A stretch of DNA of 64,000 nucleotides from Pontiella sp. (GCA_050290185.1 JBNKHE010000006.1:128001-192000), one strand, 5' to 3'; positions 1-9,852 are shown, numbered from the stretch's first letter. Notes: generated by a model not told the origin, from the letters alone. A program made the numbers and translations.

Positions 1-2
1 TC

Positions 3-2066
3 AATCGAAATGGGCGGAATCAGCATATACTCGCGTCGCAGCTCGATCTCGCGGAGCTCCATCGAGCCGAGGCTCAAGCGGAGGGCGTCCTCGACCAAAT
101 CGGCAACCGGAAGGATTTCAGTCACGCCCTGGGTCTTGGCAAAGCTTTGCTGCATGGCAAGCACCTCCTTGACATGCCGAAGGTTGCCCGCCAGCGTTTC
201 CATCTCGCACAAGATTTCCTCCTGCTCCTCGGCCAGCCGACCCGCCAAACTCTCCAGATAGGCCGGCAATTGCCTGCCCCTGGAATCCTCGGAAAAGAAC
301 CCGGGCAAATCGTTTCCGTGCGCGTCGAGCAGCTCCACCACCTTCGGCAGGCTGGAGATCTTCGATTCGCGGATTTTTTCGGCGATCATGACGCTGGAGA
401 CATTAACGCTGTTGAGCACGTTGCCGATGTTGTGCAGAACGCTGGTGGCTACTTCCGCCTTGCCCGCTTCGCGCGAGGCCTCCAGCAGCTGGCGATGCAA
501 CACCTTCAGTTTCTCCTCGGATTCCTTCATCGCGGTAATGTCCTTGGAAATACCGAAAGTGCCGATGATCCCTCCCGATTCGTTGCGAAGCGGCATTTTG
601 CTGGTGAGCACCCAGGAGACACGACCGTCCGGCCAGGTTTCCTTTTCCACCTTGCCAATGAGCGCCTCGCCCGTACGGATGATTTCCTGCTCGTCCCGCA
701 ACGCATCTTCGGCATGTTCCTCGGAAAAGAAATCGTGGTCGGTCTTCCCGATGACATCGTCTATGCCAAGGCTCTGGAAGCGTTCCGTCTGCGCCGCGCT
801 GCAACGGACAAAACGCGACCGGAGATCCTTGAAGTATATGAGGTCGTCGGAATGGTCCATCAAGGAGCACAGCAGGTTGCGTTCCTTGCTCACCTCCTCC
901 GCGCGCTTGCGCTCGGTGATGTCCCGCATGATTCCAAAGGCGTTCCATCGATCCTTCAACTTGAAGCCGGACACAGAGAGCTCGATCGGGATTTCCTCCC
1001 CGTCCTTTCTTCTCGCCACCAGTTCCAGCGTCTTGCCGATGGACGCGCCTTCGCCGGTGTTCCGAAAACGTTCGAACGCCTTCCGGTGGGCCTCCCGATA
1101 CCGATCCGGCAGCAACCGTTCGTGCATTTCCCGGCCAAGAACCTCGTCTTCCGGATACCCAAGCATGTCCGCCGCGGCCTGGTTCCAGAAGGATACTTTT
1201 CCCTCGTGATCCAGCATGATGATGGCGTCCCGCGCCGTAGCGGTCATCAGCCGGAATTTTTCCTCGCTTTCCAGCAACTCTACTTCGGTGCGCTTGCGCC
1301 CGGTGATGTCCTCAAAGATGCCCAATATGCCGGACACCTCCCCCCCCTCGTTGCAATACGGCACTTTGATGGTGTGGACCCAACGCCGCTCCCCGTCAAC
1401 AACGTATTCCTCCTCGATATTCTTCATCGTCCCACTGGTCATGACCATCTGGTCGTCGGCCCGGTAGCTTTCCGCCAAATCACGGGGGAAAAATGCGAAA
1501 TCGTCTTTTTCAACCACCTGCTCGGGCTCGATCCCCAGGTCGTGCGCGTAGTTTTCGTTGCAGGTCACGTACACGGAATCGAGATCCTTGATGAAGATGC
1601 GAAGGGGAAGATGTTTCACGAGGTTGCGGTTCAACTGTTCGCTGCGCCGCAGCTTCTCTTCCGCCCGCTGCACCTCTTTTGCGGTCTCGACCTGGCGTCG
1701 CATTTCCTCCAGCACAATGTTCAGGCCGTTTTCGATATATTTCAGGTCATCGGAGCTTTGGGTATTCAGCAGATTGATCTGATCGGGCAGAATTCCCGTG
1801 GCGACATTCGTGACATACTGCCGAAGCCGGATGATGTTTATGGGAAATTTCAGAAGAATCAAAAGCCCGGCAATGGACAGAAGCACTGTTGATATAAACA
1901 CAATTATTTGGTCGGTAGTCGCCAGTTCTGCAGGCTTAAGCCATATCATCGCACCGATGTACAACAGCGACAAGAGGGGAACCAACGATGTCAGCACCAC
2001 CGCGATGATGGATTGGTGCAACGCGCTCTGAGACGTAAATTTGATCGTAGAACGTTTTTTCATCAT
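3..2066 (-). CDS. PAS-domain sensor histidine kinase, 3' end runs off the window (2 TM + HAMP-like + 3 PAS + HisKA)
   Basis: Hand translation of the minus strand from ATG at 2066 (MMKKRSTIKF...) stays open to the window edge; three PAS/PAC repeats ending FEDITGRK, MRDITERK, SKDITAMK; H-box EVATSVLHNIGNVLNSVNVS. Missing from the ORF track because it has no stop in the window. Confidence 0.9.
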   Translation of the reverse strand, partial: MMKKRSTIKFTSQSALHQSIIAVVLTSLVPLLSLLYIGAMIWLKPAELATTDQIIVFISTVLLSIAGLLILLKFPINIIRLRQYVTNVATGILPDQINLLNTQSSDDLKYIENGLNIVLEEMRRQVETAKEVQRAEEKLRRSEQLNRNLVKHLPLRIFIKDLDSVYVTCNENYAHDLGIEPEQVVEKDDFAFFPRDLAESYRADDQMVMTSGTMKNIEEEYVVDGERRWVHTIKVPYCNEGGEVSGILGIFEDITGRKRTEVELLESEEKFRLMTATARDAIIMLDHEGKVSFWNQAAADMLGYPEDEVLGREMHERLLPDRYREAHRKAFERFRNTGEGASIGKTLELVARRKDGEEIPIELSVSGFKLKDRWNAFGIMRDITERKRAEEVSKERNLLCSLMDHSDDLIYFKDLRSRFVRCSAAQTERFQSLGIDDVIGKTDHDFFSEEHAEDALRDEQEIIRTGEALIGKVEKETWPDGRVSWVLTSKMPLRNESGGIIGTFGISKDITAMKESEEKLKVLHRQLLEASREAGKAEVATSVLHNIGNVLNSVNVSSVMIAEKIRESKISSLPKVVELLDAHGNDLPGFFSEDSRGRQLPAYLESLAGRLAEEQEEILCEMETLAGNLRHVKEVLAMQQSFAKTQGVTEILPVADLVEDALRLSLGSMELREIELRREYMLIPPISI

Positions 2067-2250
2067 AAGGATCGCTCCAAGATCCCCCTGCGAAGCCGGC
2101 TATCCGTTTCCCCGCAAAAGTCGCCGTCTTCTTTATGGGTCAGGAAATCATTTTTCATCCGACACAATCCGGTTGGAATCCCATAGGAGACCTGCTTGTC
2201 CAGCAACTCGGGCACATACCCGCTACGGTCTGTACGACCGACCATAAACA

Positions 2251-2266
2251 CGCAGAAATTATGCCA
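2251..2266 (-). promoter_or_regulatory. Putative sigma54 (-24/-12) promoter of the histidine kinase
   Basis: Minus strand TGGCATAATTTCTGCG = TGGCAy-N5-yTGC with correct GG/GC spacing, about 185 bp upstream of the ATG. Confidence 0.5.
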
Positions 2267-2634
2267 TGCATGACGTTATCTTTAGCAGTCTTCCGGGGCT
2301 GCAGCGCTTCGGGTACAAAACGAAATGAAGGGCCAGGTTGCCGACGCTCATCATCCGCTTCGGGGTCGGCACTTCCATGATCTGATACAACGGTATTGTC
2401 CGCATCCAGCGGGCTCCAAAGCTGCCAGGATGGCGGCTTCGCAGGCAACTCGCCGGCTACCGGAAAAGCTGGAACGGAGACTTAGTTCCGGTCATGAACC
2501 CTTTTTATACATTCATTGACGGATAAGCGGGTGCATTGCCCGTGTTTAATAGAAAACCCTTGGAACCGCAGGGCATAGTGCTATACGGTTCCTGCGCGAA
2601 GAAAAATGATTGATTTACAGGGAGAGTGAGAACC

Positions 2635-5283
2635 ATGAAAACCCCGTTTGCTACAGGATTGTTGTTGATTGGAGGCTTTATGCTTGGCCTCGCACCGATG
2701 CAGGGTTGCGCGATGCTGACGGACGCGTCCGAGGGCCGAGTCATCGAAGGGCTTGCTCAATGGGAATTTCTTCAGGACACCTCAAAGGAAGGTTCTGATA
2801 TCCGGCTTCCGATGTCGGGCGCCGACTGGACCACGCTGACTATTCCGCATTGCTTCCGTCTTTCCGGACTGCCGGAAAAATCCGCCGGCTTCTATCGCAC
2901 AACCCTGAATATCGCGGCGGAAGATTCCAACAAATGCTTCTACCTCTTCCTTGAAGGCTCAGGCGCGATTGCCGATGTCTTCGTGAACGGCAAACATGTA
3001 GGTCAGCACAAAGGGGCCTACACCGCCGCCGTATTCGACCTCTCGCCGGCCCTGAAGTTCGGCAGGAAAAACGAGATTGTGGTGCGCGTCACCAACCGCG
3101 ATCACGAAGCGGCCAACATCCTGTCGCAGTCCAACCTCTTCTACACCAATGGCGGCCTTTACCGCCCCGCATGGCTGATCAAGACCCTCGGCGTCCACAT
3201 CTTCCCCGACATGGGATCGACCGGCGTCTACCTCACGCCAAGGAATATTTCCACGAGCAGCGCCGATATCGAAATAACCACTCATGTGCGCAACGCCATG
3301 AAAAAATCAATTCAGGTCGTCGTGCGCAGTACGATTACCGATCCGGAGGGCGAGGAAGTCGGCCAGACCGAGGAAAAGGTCACCATTGCGTCCGGCACGA
3401 CCAAGGCCGTCACCACCCGGAAGAATATCGACCATCCCAAGCTGTGGGCCATCCACCAGCCCAATCTCTACACCGTCCGCACCGAGATCCTCGTGGGCGG
3501 CCAGGTGGCCGATGCCATCACCGAACGGACGGGCATCCGCACAATTGAAATGAAGAACGACGACTTCATCCTCAACGGCGAAAAAATCCTGTGCCGCGGG
3601 GTCTGCAAGCACCACATGGACGAACATGTCTGGAATGCCATGAACGAAGAGCAGCTGAAGTGGGAAATGGACGGCATGATCGATCTCGGCGTCAATACCA
3701 TCCGCCTCGCCCACTACCCCCACCGCCGGTTCGAATACAACATGGCCGATGAACACGGTGTGCTCGTCTGGGCGGAAAACGGACTCGCCGGTCAGAACTG
3801 GGACAAGGGCGACATGAAAAACCGGGAAACCGAACCCACGGAAGCCGGTGACTACATCACCACCGAAATGGTGAAGCAAAACTGGAACCATCCCTCGATC
3901 TGCTTCTGGAGCAGCGGCAACGAAACCCGCCAGGAGGTCGCCTCCCACTATGCCGACACCATCCGCGCGCTCGACCAGACCCGCCTCATCACCTATGCCT
4001 CGGCCGGCGAAAAGCCGGCCAACGTCGATTTCGTGGCGGGGAACACGTATGATGGCTGGTATGGCGGGAACTATACCGATTTCTCGAAGCTGCCGAGAAA
4101 TGAATATGTTTCGGAAACTGGTGCGGGCTCCTGGATTACCATGCATGTCCCCTACGGCACGGAAAAGTGGGACGTGAACAAGTATGAACCGGAGGAGTAT
4201 TGCGAGATGTTTGCGGAGTTCCGCTTTCAGGAAATCTTCCGCAACAACCCGGACGGACACAAATTCTTCCTGTGGTGGAACTATCGCGAGTTCTACGACC
4301 ACAAATTCAAAATGAACCGCAATACCAAGGGCATGCTGACCCTTGGCGGCATGCGCAAGGACTACTTCTACCTCTACCAGTCCTTCCTGCGCCCGGACTT
4401 CCCGGTCCTGCACCTCTGCGGACGCCACCACTTCTACCGCCAGTTCGATCCGGCCAACGGCATCAAGGCCTACTCGAACGCCGAATCCGTCGAGCTGTTC
4501 ATCAACGGCGAGTCGCAGGGCGTCATGAAGAACGGCGACTATGTCCTGCCTGGTACGGAAAAGAATCCCAATGCAGAAGAAAAGATCATCTCCGTAGGCG
4601 ATCTCGGCCAGACCGGCAATGACTCGGGCGAAAGAGTGCAGGTGGCAGGTATCGTTGTAAACAACGTCTTTTTCTGGAACACACCGCTGGCTCCGGGCAA
4701 AAACGTCATCAAAGTGCGCGATAATCGTGGGAACACTCAGTCCATGGTCATCTACCAGAAGGCCAACGAAATGCCGGTTCCCGCGGACAGCCTTGTGGTG
4801 GATCTGAAGAGCTCCAACGAAAACAATCCGGCAATCTTCATCGAGCGTCCGATCGAAGCCCAGGGACCGGTCTACTATGCAGTCGACGGCTCGTCCGACA
4901 ACACCTTCGATCTCCTGCCGAAGGACGTTGAAGGAGCATGCTGGATTACCACCAAGCGACTCAGCGATGCAAAGAACAAGACGGACCTGACCTTCAGGTT
5001 AACGAAGCCAGCCACTATCTACGTCATGTATTCCTCCGGTACCTTCCCGGCTATCACACTCGATGATCCGGATGAAGACATGATCAAGACCGCCGCCGTA
5101 TTGAAGGCCGATCTCGCCAGGAACGGATTTACCGACACCGGCAGTGCCGGGATCTGGCGCCGCCACAGCCTGTGGCTGGCGGACTTCGGGCTGATGAGCC
5201 GTACCGTCAAGGCCGGCGATGTCGTCACCATCCCCGGCCAGACGCTCGACTATGTCGTGCTGATCAAACCGGATATGTTCTGA
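2635..5283 (+). CDS. Glycoside hydrolase family 2 (beta-galactosidase/glucuronidase-like), exported, possible lipoprotein
   Basis: GH2 motifs: FVNGKHVGQHKGAYT, GGLYRP, NTIRLAHYP, WSSGNE (acid/base), VSETG (nucleophile); hydrophobic N-terminus ending MQGC. Confidence 0.9.
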   Translation: MKTPFATGLLLIGGFMLGLAPMQGCAMLTDASEGRVIEGLAQWEFLQDTSKEGSDIRLPMSGADWTTLTIPHCFRLSGLPEKSAGFYRTTLNIAAEDSNKCFYLFLEGSGAIADVFVNGKHVGQHKGAYTAAVFDLSPALKFGRKNEIVVRVTNRDHEAANILSQSNLFYTNGGLYRPAWLIKTLGVHIFPDMGSTGVYLTPRNISTSSADIEITTHVRNAMKKSIQVVVRSTITDPEGEEVGQTEEKVTIASGTTKAVTTRKNIDHPKLWAIHQPNLYTVRTEILVGGQVADAITERTGIRTIEMKNDDFILNGEKILCRGVCKHHMDEHVWNAMNEEQLKWEMDGMIDLGVNTIRLAHYPHRRFEYNMADEHGVLVWAENGLAGQNWDKGDMKNRETEPTEAGDYITTEMVKQNWNHPSICFWSSGNETRQEVASHYADTIRALDQTRLITYASAGEKPANVDFVAGNTYDGWYGGNYTDFSKLPRNEYVSETGAGSWITMHVPYGTEKWDVNKYEPEEYCEMFAEFRFQEIFRNNPDGHKFFLWWNYREFYDHKFKMNRNTKGMLTLGGMRKDYFYLYQSFLRPDFPVLHLCGRHHFYRQFDPANGIKAYSNAESVELFINGESQGVMKNGDYVLPGTEKNPNAEEKIISVGDLGQTGNDSGERVQVAGIVVNNVFFWNTPLAPGKNVIKVRDNRGNTQSMVIYQKANEMPVPADSLVVDLKSSNENNPAIFIERPIEAQGPVYYAVDGSSDNTFDLLPKDVEGACWITTKRLSDAKNKTDLTFRLTKPATIYVMYSSGTFPAITLDDPDEDMIKTAAVLKADLARNGFTDTGSAGIWRRHSLWLADFGLMSRTVKAGDVVTIPGQTLDYVVLIKPDMF

Positions 5284-5639
5284 TTGATATTACTGGATGG
5301 GGAAACTCGCCGGCACGCTTAAGATGCCGCGTCCCGTACATGAAAAAAAGATCCAGCCGAGGCCGCGATCTTTAAAGCGCATCGGTATGACCGATCTGGT
5401 GAACGTAAAATCCCAGCAGGAAAACGAGTCAAGATCTGCCAAGGCATGCAGATCGCAGTGAGGTATACTTGATATCCGCGAAGAAAGACGGGCCGAGGCC
5501 CTCCGAATCCATGGAAAAGCCCCGACATGCCTGACACATCTATGGATGGCTAAACACGCAGGCAAACGATACTTAGGAAAATTTAATACCCAATAGTTTT
5601 TGACTATGGCATAATATGTACGGCTTACTAGGGTATTCT

Positions 5640-6047
5640 ATGAATAACTATTCCCACATCCGGGTGCTGGTGATTGACGATGAACCGGCCATACGTGACA
5701 GCCTTGCGGCCTTTCTTGAAGATTATGGCTTTGACACCACTTCTTGCGCCAGTGCGGAGGAAGCACGTGAGCTGATGTTCGAGAACCCCTTCGATGTATG
5801 CGTGGTCGACCTGCGCCTGCCGGGACTCAGCGGGGAGGACCTGATCCATCTGGCCAGCAAACGGTTTCCGCACCAGCGGTATATCATTCATACCGGCTCC
5901 ATCTCCTATAATCTTCCGTCCCACCTCCGGGAACTGGGCATGCGCCCGGAAAATGTTTTCCACAAGCCGGTTAGGGTTTTAACCCTGCTGGTCAAGCGCA
6001 TCAAAGAGCTGGCCGAGAGCCGCGATACCCCACAGACAGCCATGTAG
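5640..6047 (+). CDS. Single-domain response regulator (CheY-like receiver)
   Basis: VLVIDDE, VVDLRLPG (phospho-Asp), HTG, KP motifs; no output domain. Confidence 0.9.
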   Translation: MNNYSHIRVLVIDDEPAIRDSLAAFLEDYGFDTTSCASAEEARELMFENPFDVCVVDLRLPGLSGEDLIHLASKRFPHQRYIIHTGSISYNLPSHLRELGMRPENVFHKPVRVLTLLVKRIKELAESRDTPQTAM

Positions 6048-6129
6048 ATTTCAGCTGAAAACTGCTACATTGAACTTGGGTTGTCGGATGTCTTGACTGT
6101 AGAATCCCCCGAAATAAAGGATTTATCAA

Positions 6130-6525
6130 ATGTCAGACTACTCTTCCATTCGTGTGCTGGTTATCGACGACGAACCAGCAATATGTGCAAGCCTCTCGGC
6201 CTTTCTCGAAGATTACGGATTCGATGCGTCCACCGCGGAAAGTGCTGAGGAAGCGCTTGATCTCATGAAGAACAATACCTACGACGTATGTATTGTCGAC
6301 ATGCGCCTGCCGGGGATGAGCGGTGAGGATCTGATCCTGCAGGCCAAAGAGCGGTATCCAAATCAGCGGCACATCATCTACACGGGATCCATCTCCTACA
6401 ACCTTTCCGACAAACTCAAGGAATTGGGCATGCGCCCGGAGCATGTGTTCCTGAAACCGATACGCGTACTTACTTTGCTGGTAAAATGTATCAAGGAGCT
6501 GACCGCCGATACTCAGCCAACATAG
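6130..6525 (+). CDS. Single-domain response regulator, tandem paralog of 5640..6047
   Basis: VLVIDDE, IVDMRLPG, YTG, KP; about 70% identical to the upstream copy by hand alignment. Confidence 0.9.
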   Translation: MSDYSSIRVLVIDDEPAICASLSAFLEDYGFDASTAESAEEALDLMKNNTYDVCIVDMRLPGMSGEDLILQAKERYPNQRHIIYTGSISYNLSDKLKELGMRPEHVFLKPIRVLTLLVKCIKELTADTQPT

Positions 6526-6595
6526 TCCCGTTGCAGTATTGATACAGGGGCTACATGCGGAAGCGGGGTACCGCAACAGGAAACAGGAAGCCGCC

Positions 6596-7402
6596 ATGTC
6601 ATCCACCGTTGCCATCATCATGCGTGCAAAAAATGAAATGCCGCATGTGCAACGTTCCCTTGAAATGCTTCAACAACAGTCCTTTCAGGACGCTGAGCTT
6701 CATGCCGTAGATTCCGGTTCGTCAGATGGAACCCTCGAAGCGCTGTGCAATGCCTGTCCAAATGACCGGCTTACGCAAATTGCGCCCGCAGACTACGTCC
6801 CCGGCCGGGTGCTCAATGATGCCATTGCCCGAACGGACCACGGAATCATTGTACTGCTTAATGCCGATGCCATTCCCCAATCCGGCGACTGGCTTGAAAA
6901 ACTGATTGATCCCATCATGGGCAACGAGGCCGACGCCACCTACTGCAAACAGGTCGCCCGTCCCGATGCAAAATTCATCGTGGCCTACGACTACGAACGT
7001 GCCTATAATCCCGCACAGATTGATTCCAGGTTCTTTTCTGCTGTGGCCTGCTCCTTCAAGCGGGAGCTTTGGGAAACACATCCTTTCCGCCAGCAAGGCT
7101 ATGCAGAAGACGCCGCCTGGGCGCGGACATGCATTGCAAACGGCGCACGCTTCAGGTTTGTGGAAAATTCCGTCGTCGAACATTCCCACAACTACACGCT
7201 CAAGGAGTTGCATCAAAAGCGCTACCGGCAGGCAGTTGCTCAAGGAACCAACTCAAACACAGCCAGACTCCTGCGCGAAATCGCACGCGATTTTCTATAT
7301 GCCGGCCTCAAGCTGAAACTCCACACGATTCCCTACAACATCGCCTACCGCATCACCATCCACTCCGCGACTCACCAGGGATGCAAGGAGCGTTGCGTAT
7401 GA
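6596..7402 (+). CDS. Glycosyltransferase family 2 (rhamnosyltransferase-like)
   Basis: IIMRAKNE, VDSGSSDGT, LNADA (DxD), YAED, HSH motifs. Confidence 0.85.
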   Translation: MSSTVAIIMRAKNEMPHVQRSLEMLQQQSFQDAELHAVDSGSSDGTLEALCNACPNDRLTQIAPADYVPGRVLNDAIARTDHGIIVLLNADAIPQSGDWLEKLIDPIMGNEADATYCKQVARPDAKFIVAYDYERAYNPAQIDSRFFSAVACSFKRELWETHPFRQQGYAEDAAWARTCIANGARFRFVENSVVEHSHNYTLKELHQKRYRQAVAQGTNSNTARLLREIARDFLYAGLKLKLHTIPYNIAYRITIHSATHQGCKERCV

Positions 7403-8415
7403 GCACATACACGATCAGGGGATCAGCCGGGCTTGATGAATGGATCGATGCGGATCTTGCGCGGATCGCAGAAGCGGCTTCGCCGCACAGTATCGCCGGC
7501 ATCCTGCTCGGCGGCTATGGACGCGGTGAGGGCACGCCGTTTATTCGCCCCGATGGTTCACAGTCGCCGTTTAACGACTATGATTTGGTCGTGGTGGTTG
7601 AACAGATCACTGCTGAAACACGGCAAATTTTCACAGAACTGGAAGGTTCGTTATCCGACCAAATCGGCTTGCCGGTGGACCTCTACCCCTATGAAAAACG
7701 TGCGTTATCCACCTGCGAATTTTCGCTGCTGAACTATGAGATGAAGTACGGCCACAAGGTGGTCTGGGGCGATGGACATGTTCTCGATGCCATGCCCGAT
7801 TACCCGCATGACGCAATTCCACTGTCTGAGGGTACGCGCCTGCTGCTTAATCGCGGGAAGCTGCTACTCGATATCAAACTGCGGCTCGGCCTGCCGGAAC
7901 CGTTGACCCATGAAGAAAGCATCCGCTTCCTCAAGTTTATCTACAAAGTCTGGCTGGCTCTCGGCGACTGCGCATTGCTGGCGGAACGTAAGTACGACAT
8001 TTCATACCGTGTGAAGCGTGAACACATTGTTTCCATCGGCAGCATTCCCCAACGTTCCCCGGTGATTGAAGAATACATTCATGGCATCGAGCTCAAAGAA
8101 TGGGGAGACTATCATGCCCGTTCGGCCGACACCGATATCCCCTTAGCCTTCCGGCGGGTGCGCGAAGCCTTTCTTGAATTCTTCACGTGGTATCGCAAAC
8201 ATTATTCTGCAAGGGAATGCTCTATCCCCAAGGCCATGCTGCTGAACCTGAAGTGGAACCGCTGGCCTTATCCTTCCCATCCCCGCCAGCGGCTCTACGA
8301 AGCCCTGCCGGAACTGCTGAAGGACCCGCCCGACAAGATCGCACTCGGACAAACCCTCGGTTGCAATCGCAATTTTGAAGACCGGTTTTATAAACTTCAG
8401 TCGAGGTTTTCCTGA
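7399..8415 (+). CDS. Pol-beta-superfamily nucleotidyltransferase domain protein
   Basis: LLGGYGRGEG...NDYDLVVV...PVDL (hG[GS] plus DxD plus third Asp), helical C-terminus; ATGA overlap with the GT2 stop. Confidence 0.7.
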   Translation: MSTYTIRGSAGLDEWIDADLARIAEAASPHSIAGILLGGYGRGEGTPFIRPDGSQSPFNDYDLVVVVEQITAETRQIFTELEGSLSDQIGLPVDLYPYEKRALSTCEFSLLNYEMKYGHKVVWGDGHVLDAMPDYPHDAIPLSEGTRLLLNRGKLLLDIKLRLGLPEPLTHEESIRFLKFIYKVWLALGDCALLAERKYDISYRVKREHIVSIGSIPQRSPVIEEYIHGIELKEWGDYHARSADTDIPLAFRRVREAFLEFFTWYRKHYSARECSIPKAMLLNLKWNRWPYPSHPRQRLYEALPELLKDPPDKIALGQTLGCNRNFEDRFYKLQSRFS

Positions 8416-9575
8416 TGCACGCCAAGAAGGACAAGCTCAGCCTGTTTATCTTCATCGACGCCTTCGGCTGGGAAGTGAAGCGGCGCAATCCCGGGTTTCT
8501 TAAGGGACTGATCCAGGACAGCAAACCCCTTGAAACCATTTTTGGCTATTCATCCGCCTGCGATCCATCCATCATCTCCGGCCTGACTCCCAGCGAGCAC
8601 GGTCTCTGGACCTCCTACTACTACGACCCCGAAAACAGTCCATTTAAATGGACGCGGTTTCTGCAGGTTTTTCCCGACGCCATCTTCCGCCGCGGCCGCA
8701 TTCGAAACCAGATGAGCAAATGGATCAAAAAACGGTGTGGCTTCACCGGATACTTCCAGCTCTATAGCGTGCCGTTTAAGGATCTGCCGCTGTTCAACTA
8801 TGCCGAACAGAAGCGCATCTGGGAACCCCGAGGTCTGCCCCGCGGGCAATCCATCTTTGATCTGATGACCGAAAACAACATTCCCCACTATGTCCATGAC
8901 AGCAGCTTGCCGGATGAACAACGGCTTGAACACCTCATGTCCGACATCCAGAACCAACGCATCGACTTTGCCTACTGTTCGCTGGGCCGCCTCGATGCCT
9001 TGATGCATGCTGAAGGGAACGACTCGCCGAAGATCGGAAAACTGATGGAATGGTACGACGATAAGATCCGCGCCCTGCTCGATGCTGCCGACGAAAATTA
9101 CAACGAGGTTTCCTGGTACGTCTTTACCGACCACGGCATGCACAACGTAACAGAAACCTACGACCTGATCGTGGACATCGAAGCCCTCGGCCTCGAATGG
9201 AACAAAGACTACGTCGCCTTCTACGATTCAACCATGGCCCGCATCTGGTTCCTCACCGACACGGCCCGCGAGGTGATTGTACGTCTATTATCCAACCACC
9301 CCAAAGGCCGCATCCTCTCCGAAACGGAGCTCAAAACCTTCGGGGTCCATTTCGAAGACGGGCAATATGGCGACCTGATCTTCCTGATGAACTCCGGCAT
9401 CCAGATTGTGCCCAGCTTCATGGGAACCCGGCCGGTCAAAGGCATGCACGGGTACCACCCCACCGATCCCGACTCGCTCGCCTCGATCGCATCCAACCGA
9501 TCGATTCCGTCCACCATCACCAAGATCCAGCATATCCACCAACTCATGCTCAATGAACTGGGACGTGAGGCGTGA
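8415..9575 (+). CDS. Alkaline phosphatase superfamily, nucleotide pyrophosphatase/phosphodiesterase-like, cytoplasmic
   Basis: FIFIDAFG, SIISGLTPSEHG, LDALMH, FTDHGM, GMHGYHP metal-ligand motifs; TGATG coupling to the upstream gene. Confidence 0.85.
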   Translation: MHAKKDKLSLFIFIDAFGWEVKRRNPGFLKGLIQDSKPLETIFGYSSACDPSIISGLTPSEHGLWTSYYYDPENSPFKWTRFLQVFPDAIFRRGRIRNQMSKWIKKRCGFTGYFQLYSVPFKDLPLFNYAEQKRIWEPRGLPRGQSIFDLMTENNIPHYVHDSSLPDEQRLEHLMSDIQNQRIDFAYCSLGRLDALMHAEGNDSPKIGKLMEWYDDKIRALLDAADENYNEVSWYVFTDHGMHNVTETYDLIVDIEALGLEWNKDYVAFYDSTMARIWFLTDTAREVIVRLLSNHPKGRILSETELKTFGVHFEDGQYGDLIFLMNSGIQIVPSFMGTRPVKGMHGYHPTDPDSLASIASNRSIPSTITKIQHIHQLMLNELGREA

Positions 9576-9622
9576 GGAATACGGTTTACAATCACGTTTT
9601 AATCGTCAATCGTCACGGCTCA
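9564..9622. repeat. Short-period (CGTGA/TCACG) palindromic intergenic element
   Basis: 9606-9622 TCAATCGTCACGGCTCA is the exact reverse complement of 21739-21755. Confidence 0.55.
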
Positions 9623-9843
9623 TGGAAGAGTTGACCCCCGATCCTGAATTTATGCTCGAACTTGCCGAAGCGCGGATGCCGTTCGGCAAGTACAAGGGCC
9701 GGTTGCTCATCGACCTGCCGGAGCCGTACGTCGTCTGGTTCCGGCAAAAGGGGTTCCCCACCGGGAAGCTTGGAACACAATTGGAAACCGTCTACGTCAT
9801 CAAAGCCAACGGGCTTGAACACCTCTTCAACCGGTTGCGCTGA
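9622..9843 (+). CDS. DUF3820 family small protein
   Basis: MPFGKYKGRLLIDLPEPYVVWF...G.LG..L......IK.NGLE signature, 73 aa. Confidence 0.85.
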   Translation: MEELTPDPEFMLELAEARMPFGKYKGRLLIDLPEPYVVWFRQKGFPTGKLGTQLETVYVIKANGLEHLFNRLR

Positions 9844-9852
9844 CCGGCTCAT

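Noticed and set aside
147..1892. 581-aa plus-strand ORF
   Set aside because: Antisense shadow of the minus-strand PAS kinase; no recognisable motifs.
2063..2448. Small minus-strand ORFs upstream of the kinase (62 and 97 aa)
   Set aside because: No recognisable motifs or RBS; the region more likely holds the sigma54 promoter and leader.
5290..5615. Hairpin-rich intergenic region with GGCAAAC, considered as a c-di-GMP riboswitch or sRNA
   Set aside because: Lacks the GAAA tetraloop stem and GACGCAAAG elements; no family can be supported by eye.
5607..5622. TGGCAT upstream of the first receiver as a sigma54 promoter
   Set aside because: The -12 position reads GTAC, with no GC at the required spacing.
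7399..8415. CBASS CD-NTase or MNT-HEPN toxin-antitoxin
   Set aside because: No Cap effector, Cap2/Cap3 or HEPN partner gene adjacent; the context is glycan-related. Kept only as an alternative hypothesis.
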